Source of the DNA: Bdellovibrionales bacterium
Lineage (GTDB): Bacteria > Bdellovibrionota > Bdellovibrionia > Bdellovibrionales > UBA1609
Reading direction: 5' to 3'
DNA length: 20,503 bases
Assembly (NCBI GenBank): GCA_050246815.1
Contig: JBFWVI010000037.1
Coordinates: 1-20,503 of the forward strand
In this document: piece after piece, positions 8,372-15,017 of the stretch
Layout: every line of letters starts with the position of its first letter
How positions within the stretch are numbered: position 1 is the first letter of the stretch
The notes under the pieces: model-generated
Seen by the model: the letters and a program-made list of their open reading frames with translations, nothing else
What the model was told of the DNA's origin: nothing
Database searches by the model: none
Program-made: the position numbers and the translations under genes

Positions 8372-9412
8372 TCATTTGGCCCCTGAGTGACGTTTGGTAC
8401 GGCGAAAACGCGCCGGCTCGACGGGTGAACGGATATCCTCAAGCTTCACCGGCATTGGGCTTTGGAACTCTTCTTGACGAATTGGGCAATTTTTCAGCTC
8501 GCACACCTGGCAGTACACTCGCCGACAGGGATCCACGTGAAAATTCATCTCTCCGTCGTATTGGTAATTCGAAATCGCGTCCTTTTCGAATTTTTGAATC
8601 ACCGAGTGAACTTTGAATACATCCCAAAACTCCGGCATCACCACGTGGGCGTCGATATGATGGAACCAGCCCGAGCGGATCACACGAACGTGGTGAATCT
8701 GAATGATCCCCGGCTGCATGCTGTCGGTGAACACCTTTGCCAAGGACTGCAACACGGCAGGGTCTTCGCGATCCATCAAACCGCCGATCGACTCACGCAC
8801 CAATTGAAATCCAGTCCATGCCAACCAGCCGCCATAAAACAAAGCGCAAACCGGATCCAGCCACGCCCAATCCGTCCATTGCACCAACAGCAAGCTGACC
8901 ACCAACGTCGCCGAAGTCCAAAAATCCGTAATCACATGGGCGCCGCTGGCGGAAAGTGCAATGGAATTGAGTTTTTTGCCCCGGCGCTTAAGAAACAAAC
9001 CCAAAGCTAAATTGGCCAAACCCGCAACCAGAACCAGCCATGTGCCGTCGCTAAGGCGATGCAAAGTATTGCCCAAACGCCAGGCTTGAACGGCCTCAAA
9101 GATGATCATCAGTGAAGCAAACGCAATCAGCCCACCTTCGAAGGCCGACGAAAAAAACTCGCTTTTGCCGTGACCATAAGGGTGATCTTCATCCATCGGT
9201 TTGATGGAATACCAGATCACGAACAGGGCCATCAGGGCGGCCACCACATTGACAATACTCTCCATGGCATCCGAATAAATCGCTGTGGAGTCGGTCATAT
9301 TGTAAGCCCAGAACTTCAAAATCATCAAAGCCGAACCCACCACCACAGAAATGGCGGCGGCCTGACGAAGATGTTTTTGTTCTTGTGGCCCGAAGGCGCC
9401 GCTATTTTCCAC
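8372..9412 (-). CDS. Cation diffusion facilitator family transporter with Cys-rich C-terminal tail
   Basis: SDAMESIVN, DEDHPYGHGKSE, HVITD, WLDP and multiple TM helices; tail DPCRRVYCQVCELKNCP. The start is probably GTG 9412, overlapping the upstream stop, rather than 9538. Confidence 0.93.
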   Translation of the reverse strand: MENSGAFGPQEQKHLRQAAAISVVVGSALMILKFWAYNMTDSTAIYSDAMESIVNVVAALMALFVIWYSIKPMDEDHPYGHGKSEFFSSAFEGGLIAFASLMIIFEAVQAWRLGNTLHRLSDGTWLVLVAGLANLALGLFLKRRGKKLNSIALSASGAHVITDFWTSATLVVSLLLVQWTDWAWLDPVCALFYGGWLAWTGFQLVRESIGGLMDREDPAVLQSLAKVFTDSMQPGIIQIHHVRVIRSGWFHHIDAHVVMPEFWDVFKVHSVIQKFEKDAISNYQYDGEMNFHVDPCRRVYCQVCELKNCPIRQEEFQSPMPVKLEDIRSPVEPARFRRTKRHSGAK

Positions 9413-10388
9413 GACGGAAAACTTCTTCCGGGGTGGCCAACGGCAAGTCTTGGTCCGTGAAGCTAACCACTCGGTTACGGCCGGTTTCTTTCGCTTTGTA
9501 AAGAGCTTGGTCGGCCAAGCGCACAAAGGTACGGGCATCGATATTGTGAATGGTGGGTGAAACGATGGCGAAGCCCAAGCTTGCGGTCAAACGGATGGTG
9601 TGATTGTCGGCTGAAAATGTATGGGCTTCGATTCGCGCCCTTAAACGGTCGGCAAATGTTTGCGCGCCGGTTTTGTCAATTTCGGTCAAGACGATCAAGT
9701 ACTCGTCACCACCGTAGCGGGCGGCAAAATCCACTTTGCGAATATTTTCGCGTATCATTTTGCCCACTTCACTCAAGACAAAGCTGCCAAACAAGTGATC
9801 ATGCTGATCATTCACGCGCTTGAAAAAATCCATATCCATCATCATCACGCAGACAGAGCGACGGTAGCGGCGGGCGCGATCCAACTCAAAATCAAGGCGC
9901 TTGTACAGCGAGCGCATATTGAACAGGCCGGTCAGGTCATCTATGTCGACTAGCTCTTTGAGCTTGTCGTTGGCTTTTTTCAAACTGTCGTTTAAGTCTT
10001 TGATGCGCAGTTGGCTGCGCACCCGCGCCAGCATCTCAAGCATATCGAAAGGTTTTCGAATGTAGTCGTCTGCTCCCGAGTCAAGACCGCGAATCACGTC
10101 TTCCGAAGCGGATTTACCCGAGAGAAAAAGCACTGACACATATTCGTCGCGGGCACGCAGAATTTTAAGGGTTTCCAAACCATCCAGTCCCGGCATACTG
10201 ACATCAAGTAAAACCAAATGCGGGCGCCAAGTGTTCATTTTGGCCACCGCCTCTTGGCCTGAGGACGCGGTTTCCACTTGATAACCTTCAAACTCCAAAG
10301 CTTTGGCGCTAATTCTGAGGGCGGCCGGGTCGTCGTCAACGACAAGGACTTTTCGTTTATTGTTCTCTAATGCGGCCGACATGTTCAT
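9402..10388 (-). CDS. Receiver-GGDEF dinucleotide cyclase, Hypr-type (predicted cGAMP/c-di-GMP synthase)
   Basis: N-terminal REC (VDDD, LDVSMP, KPF), coiled-coil linker, DDLTGLFN, DMDFFKRVNDQHDHLFGSFVL, I-site RKVD and RYGGDEY. The true start may be ATG 10382. Confidence 0.93.
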   Translation of the reverse strand: MNMSAALENNKRKVLVVDDDPAALRISAKALEFEGYQVETASSGQEAVAKMNTWRPHLVLLDVSMPGLDGLETLKILRARDEYVSVLFLSGKSASEDVIRGLDSGADDYIRKPFDMLEMLARVRSQLRIKDLNDSLKKANDKLKELVDIDDLTGLFNMRSLYKRLDFELDRARRYRRSVCVMMMDMDFFKRVNDQHDHLFGSFVLSEVGKMIRENIRKVDFAARYGGDEYLIVLTEIDKTGAQTFADRLRARIEAHTFSADNHTIRLTASLGFAIVSPTIHNIDARTFVRLADQALYKAKETGRNRVVSFTDQDLPLATPEEVFRRGK

Positions 10389-10538
10389 ATTTTACGAGAG
10401 GCTCACGGCGTTAGTCATCTAAAAGGCAGTCCGGTCCGGCGGGCAACGCCAGATAGGCGAAAATGCACCTTAAGACTTAGGGCTTAATTACGCTATGGGC
10501 CAACCTTTAAAAGGAGGCCTGCCGGGCTGTGAGGGCAC

Positions 10539-12641
10539 TTATCTTTTAATCCCCTCGAGCTTTAGGTAAAACGCATAGTTTCGCGCCATATCCTTCAAGC
10601 GCTCAAAGCGTCCAGAAGCCCCCGAATGCCCCGCACTTAATTCTGTGTGGAACAAAAGCAAGTTGGAATCTGTTTTCAGATCCCGCATCTTCGCCACCCA
10701 CTTCGCCGGCTCCCAATATTGAACTTGCGAATCATGGTAACCCGTCGTCACTAAAATATTGGGGTAATTTTTTGCTTCCACGTTGTCGTAAGGCGAGTAA
10801 GCCCGCATGTAATCGTAAAATTTCTTTTCATTGGGATTGCCCCACTCATCGTACTCGGACGTGGTCAGGGGAATCGAATCATCGAGCATGGTGGTCATCA
10901 CGTCGACAAAGGGCACTGCGGCCACCACGCCTTTAAATAGATCCGGCCGCAAATTGATCACTGCTCCCATCAGCAAACCACCTGCGCTACCGCCCATGAT
11001 GTGCAAATGATCCGCCGAAGTGTACTTTTCTTGGATCAAATATTCGGCCGAAGCGACGAAGTCCGTAAAGGTGTTCATCTTTTTAAGCAGCTTACCGTCT
11101 TCGTACCAATGCCGCCCCATCTCGGAGCCGCCACGAATATGGGCAATGGCATAGGCAAAACCGCGGTCCACCAAACTCAAAACTCCGCTGCTAAACCAAG
11201 GCTCCATGCTCATGCCATAAGAACCGTAGCCATAAAGCAGCGCTGGCCCGCCTTGGCGCGGACGATCTTTGCGATAAAGAATCGAAATCGGCACTTTAAC
11301 GCCGTCTTTGGCTGTGGCCCACAGACGTTCCGAAGTGTACTGAGTGCGGTCATAGCCGGGCACTTCCCGCTCTTTGCGCAAGGTGGCCTTTTTTGCAGCC
11401 ACCTCATAATCAAAGACTGATGGCGGCCGCACTAAACTTTCGTAAGTGTAGCGAAACACCGAACTGTCATACTCCGGCAGCGACGCTAAATTGGCCACAT
11501 AACTTTGATCCGGAAATTCCACCGGAAAGCTTTTGCCGTCTTTTCGGGTTTGCACGGTCAAACGCGACAAACCTTTGAAGCGCTCTTGCAGCACCATAAA
11601 ATCGCGATACACATCAAGATCTTCTAAAAATACGTCTTGGCGGTGGGCGACCACTTCTTGCCAGTCTTCTTTGCGACGTGATGGGAGCGTGGTTTCCATC
11701 AAGCGAAAATTTTTTGCCTTCCAGTTGGTCAAAATATAAAGTTTGTCGCCGCCGCCCCAAGTGACGCTGTACTCATGACCTCGTTCACGGGGCGCGATCA
11801 CCTGCCACTGGCCCATGGGGTCTTTGGCCGGCAAGAAGCGCACTTCATCTGAGACCGTGGCGTGGCTAAGGATAAATAAGTAATCACCGCCCTTGGACAC
11901 GCTGAGGCCCAAGTGGAAGGTTTCGTCTTTTTCTTCATAAACTAATTCTGATTTGTTACTGCCCAAGACGTAGCGAAACACCTGAAAGGCGCGAAGCGTT
12001 TCTGGATCTTGTTTCACATAAAATAGCGTCTTGTTGTCTTTGGCCCATTCCATGTCGCCGGTGGTGGCGGGAATTTTATCGTTTAAAGTCTGACCGCTGC
12101 TCAGGTCTTTAAAGCTGATGTCATAAAAACGACGCCCCACCTTATCCGCCGCCACCGCCATGACCTGATGGTTGTCGCTGACCACAGGCCCGGTGGAGCT
12201 GTAATAATCATAGCCTTTTGCCGCCGCGTTCACGTCGATTAAAAGTTCGGCTTTGGCGTCCAAACTGCCTTTTTTGCGCTCGTAAATCGGATACTCGCGA
12301 CCGGTTTCAAAACGGCTGTAGTAGTAATACTCGCCGTCCTTCACCGGAACGCTCGAGTCATCCTCTTTGATCTTGCTGCGCATTTCTTTGATCAAAGCCT
12401 CTTGCAATGCTTTGGTGTCACCCAAAACCTGTTCAACGCGGGCGTTTTCACTTTTCAAAAATTCCATAACGGGTGCCGAATCGCGCTCTTTCATCCAAAA
12501 ATAATTGTCTAAGCGTTTGTCGCCGTGTTTTTCGTGGGTCACTGGTTTTTTTGCGGGCATGGAAAAGTCCTTTCGCTTCGTAGCACAAGAAATCAAACTG
12601 AAACCTAGCAGGAGCGTGAACGCGAAGATGGAACGCTTCAT
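10539..12641 (-). CDS. ptrB: Oligopeptidase B (protease II, S9A), with lipoprotein-like signal
   Basis: DNYFWM, LYGYGSYG, HIRGG, catalytic GGSAGG, HDSQVQYWEPAKWVA and AGH. N-terminal LIS-C lipobox. Confidence 0.95.
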   Translation of the reverse strand: MKRSIFAFTLLLGFSLISCATKRKDFSMPAKKPVTHEKHGDKRLDNYFWMKERDSAPVMEFLKSENARVEQVLGDTKALQEALIKEMRSKIKEDDSSVPVKDGEYYYYSRFETGREYPIYERKKGSLDAKAELLIDVNAAAKGYDYYSSTGPVVSDNHQVMAVAADKVGRRFYDISFKDLSSGQTLNDKIPATTGDMEWAKDNKTLFYVKQDPETLRAFQVFRYVLGSNKSELVYEEKDETFHLGLSVSKGGDYLFILSHATVSDEVRFLPAKDPMGQWQVIAPRERGHEYSVTWGGGDKLYILTNWKAKNFRLMETTLPSRRKEDWQEVVAHRQDVFLEDLDVYRDFMVLQERFKGLSRLTVQTRKDGKSFPVEFPDQSYVANLASLPEYDSSVFRYTYESLVRPPSVFDYEVAAKKATLRKEREVPGYDRTQYTSERLWATAKDGVKVPISILYRKDRPRQGGPALLYGYGSYGMSMEPWFSSGVLSLVDRGFAYAIAHIRGGSEMGRHWYEDGKLLKKMNTFTDFVASAEYLIQEKYTSADHLHIMGGSAGGLLMGAVINLRPDLFKGVVAAVPFVDVMTTMLDDSIPLTTSEYDEWGNPNEKKFYDYMRAYSPYDNVEAKNYPNILVTTGYHDSQVQYWEPAKWVAKMRDLKTDSNLLLFHTELSAGHSGASGRFERLKDMARNYAFYLKLEGIKR

Positions 12642-12732
12642 GCCAACGCCGGGTATTCGTTCGATTGTTTTTTTTGACCATCGATTCGGTTGACCGTAGG
12701 TTCGTCAATATTTCGGGTCACAAAGTTTTCCT

Positions 12733-13083
12733 TTAAATACTTTTGCCGTCGAAGTTTTTAATTGTGACTTTTGCCAAATCAATGTCGTCCAGGCAACGCA
12801 CGTTGATCGCCTGCATCGGCGTGCCATCCGGCGCCGTGGCCGAGGCGAACGCGGTGATGCCGCAGGTGGAGCAGAAGGTGTGGTGAATCACTTTTCTGCC
12901 GAACTGATAATCGGTCAAATTTTTTTCACCCGAGAGAAGCTTAAACTTGCTGCTGGGAACAAAGGCGAGAAGTGTCCCCTTACGGCCGCACATCGAACAA
13001 TTGCAGGCCAACGCCTGAGTCGGATCGAGCTCAGCTTCAAATCTCACTTTGCCGCAATGGCAACTGCCTTGATGTGTTTGCAT
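12733..13083 (-). CDS. GFA/CENP-V family Zn-binding protein
   Basis: GSCHCG, CNCSMC, FCSTCG and INVRCL. AGGAG RBS. Confidence 0.93.
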   Translation of the reverse strand: MQTHQGSCHCGKVRFEAELDPTQALACNCSMCGRKGTLLAFVPSSKFKLLSGEKNLTDYQFGRKVIHHTFCSTCGITAFASATAPDGTPMQAINVRCLDDIDLAKVTIKNFDGKSI

Positions 13084-13244
13084 TGTTCACACTCCTGGTA
13101 AGGGGCAGAAGTTGACCATGCCTATGGGTAAATATCCACCCTGGACCCCTTGCGGCATGCGTACCTGTGGTGGACAAATCGTGCCCCAAATTTGTCAGTG
13201 TGCCCCCTATGAACAGTGGATGCGGGCTTTAGGGCCGAACCAGG

Positions 13245-13260
13245 CGGCATTCGACTTGCT
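13245..13260 (+). promoter_or_regulatory. Sigma-54 (-24/-12) promoter candidate
   Basis: CGGCAT-TCGAC-TTGCT: GG 13246-13247 and GC 13258-13259 separated by exactly 10 nt, just upstream of ATG 13274. Confidence 0.65.
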
Positions 13261-13273
13261 ATAGTAACCCCTT

Positions 13274-14167
13274 ATGGGAACTCGCGAATTCTTAATCTGT
13301 GCTTTACTGGGCGGCCTGCTGGCCGCCCCCAGCACTTTAGCCGCCGAAAAACCTAAAAAATCACCACCGCAACCCGCGTGTGATAACACACTCTCTAAAG
13401 ATCCTTATTTTGTGGGAAAGGCCGGGAAACTTAAAAATTTTAATCTTCAGGTGAAACCTAAATTCACTCCCGAGGAACTTGAACGAAACCGCTCCGAGCT
13501 GACTCCACGAAACCCCAAATACAAACTTGGTGAAACCGGCAACTTCGAGATTTACGCGGAGAATCGTATGGTGTCGGGATTTAGCTCCCCGCAAATTGTC
13601 GCGGTGAAATATGAAAAAGATTGGCGTAACCAGGAGCAACGCAATTTTGACCACATGTTCGATTTGCAGACCGGGACAACCAAACCAACGGAAATTCAAA
13701 AAATCGTCGAGACCTTGCAAAGTCAATACGCCGTTTTCAAAGAACTCAAGTTGCTGCAATACTTCGATGTTTTAACCCCGCTTGAAGTGGGCCAAGACTA
13801 TGTGGTGATGCCGCTTGTTTGGGGCCAATCACTTTCAGATCTTACTTATCAAGAGCTCAGGCACCTCAATCCCCCTGAGCAGTTTGCAAATTCCAACGTA
13901 CTAACCTTAGGCCCCCCGACCGAGGATGTGCATCCCGAGCTGGCGCGCTTATGGAGCGCCCAACAGCATGCGGTGAATCAGGCCTTGATTGCGCTTAAGA
14001 AGGCGGGCTACAAAGTTTTCCAGAGATTCGCCGGGAAGGCCTGGCCCAGCAAACAAAAATATATTTCCTTGATCATGCTGACCCGTGAAGGACATCCCAC
14101 ACTAAGCCTGCGTACGGACCAGATGGTGACCACCGACGGTCGGCTGGTTGTGCATGATCCGTACTGA
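13274..14167 (+). CDS. Secreted hypothetical protein, possible divergent kinase-like fold
   Basis: Signal peptide ending TLA-A. Motifs GETGNFEIY, VAVKY, YVVMPLVWGQSLSDL, SLRTDQM and LVVHDPY occur in protein-kinase order. Confidence 0.7.
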   Translation: MGTREFLICALLGGLLAAPSTLAAEKPKKSPPQPACDNTLSKDPYFVGKAGKLKNFNLQVKPKFTPEELERNRSELTPRNPKYKLGETGNFEIYAENRMVSGFSSPQIVAVKYEKDWRNQEQRNFDHMFDLQTGTTKPTEIQKIVETLQSQYAVFKELKLLQYFDVLTPLEVGQDYVVMPLVWGQSLSDLTYQELRHLNPPEQFANSNVLTLGPPTEDVHPELARLWSAQQHAVNQALIALKKAGYKVFQRFAGKAWPSKQKYISLIMLTREGHPTLSLRTDQMVTTDGRLVVHDPY

Positions 14168-14170
14168 TCT

Positions 14171-14220
14171 TATCCGCATTCACGCTTTCAAGTGAATCGA
14201 ACTCAAAACGAGTTTGGATA
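14171..14220. repeat. Nested inverted repeats (three-way junction) between convergent genes
   Basis: TATCC/GGATA outer stem enclosing ATTCAC/GTGAAT and AACTC/GAGTT hairpins. Confidence 0.6.
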
Positions 14221-14226
14221 TCACGT

Positions 14227-14849
14227 TTAAATGGGTGAACCTCGCGCCTTCAGCCAGCCTGCCCGGCCCAGCCAACTGGTCGGTGGTGAAAGAAGTTTGT
14301 CGAGTGACGCGATTTCAAGCCAAAAATCCCGGCAGCGCTGGGCAGAACCCTTGGGAAAAGCAAATTTGAGTTTTGGCCAATCCCCGAACAAAAAACTGGA
14401 AGAAAAAACACTGTGTTCAAAACGGCCGCGGGCATGTTTAACTTCGTTGAGCATCACATAGATCAATCCGTTTTTCACTTGGCGCGGGGTTTTCAGCACG
14501 CTTAAGTGATAGCGTCCGCGAAAGACCGGGCCTTTTATTTTGCGATCAATTTTTCGTGCCAAAGCTTTTAAATGTAAGGCGAGACGAATCGCAAGGCTAC
14601 GCATACCACGGCTTAAAGCCTGGTTGTCCGCCGCTTCGGCGATTAAATGCAGGCGATTTCCAAGCAAACTAAAATGGTTCACGCGAAGGCCATTGATTCG
14701 CGCATGCTCCAAACAGCGGCAAAATGCCGCAAAATCGATTTTCGGCGCAGACTTAAAACCCCTGGGTTTAAACGCAGGGTGATTTGCAAGGGCCAGCTTC
14801 TGCCAATTTTTCTTTTGATGAGCTGGCTGGACAACTTTTTGGGTCTCTG
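14227..14849 (-). pseudogene. Degenerate REP-associated tyrosine transposase (RAYT, Y1 HUH family)
   Basis: HFSLLGNRLHLIAEA...LSRGMRSLAIRLA...VFRGRYH...TPRQVKNGLIYVMLN is the RAYT core. The N-terminal RPKK...WPLQITLRLNPGVLSLRRKSI lies in another frame (shift near 14731-14734). HUH reads RLH. No start codon in the upstream frame. Confidence 0.85.
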
Positions 14850-14924
14850 GAACAGGCATCAACTCGCTCTCGGTCGCCGCCACAGGCTCGACAATCAGAC
14901 TCCGCGACCAAACTCAGTGCTCAA

Positions 14925-14950
14925 CTTCAGGCCTCTGGCTTCGGGCCCGA
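14925..14950 (+). repeat. Short 7-bp tandem array ending in a palindrome
   Basis: CTTCAGG CCTCTGG CTTCGGG, same unit type as 7204-7259; TCGGGCCCGA palindrome at 14941-14950. Confidence 0.55.
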
Positions 14951-14979
14951 TTTTTCTTTTGCCGCCTGTTATCAAGAAG

Positions 14980-15008
14980 TTGACTCCCAGCATTAGATGG
15001 CTTAGCAA
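14980..15008 (+). promoter_or_regulatory. Possible sigma-70 promoter for leuS
   Basis: TTGACT (14980-14985), 17 nt, then TAGCAA (weak -10); ATG follows 9 nt later with no SD. Confidence 0.35.
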
Positions 15009-15017
15009 CGTTTTCTA

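Noticed and set aside
9413..9538. N-terminal extension of the CDF ORF given in the track
   Set aside because: It overlaps the GGDEF gene out of frame by more than 120 nt; GTG 9412 is the more plausible start.
10498..10521. Hairpin GGCC-AA-CCTT...AAGG-A-GGCC after ptrB as an intrinsic terminator
   Set aside because: The stem is interrupted and there is no downstream U-tract on the minus strand; too weak to call.
14735..14883. N-terminus MAATESELMP... of the 218-aa ORF as genuine protein
   Set aside because: RAYT-like sequence in this stretch lies in a different frame.
14884..15017. T-box or attenuator leader for leuS
   Set aside because: The region is too short and shows no T-box motif or Leu-rich leader peptide.
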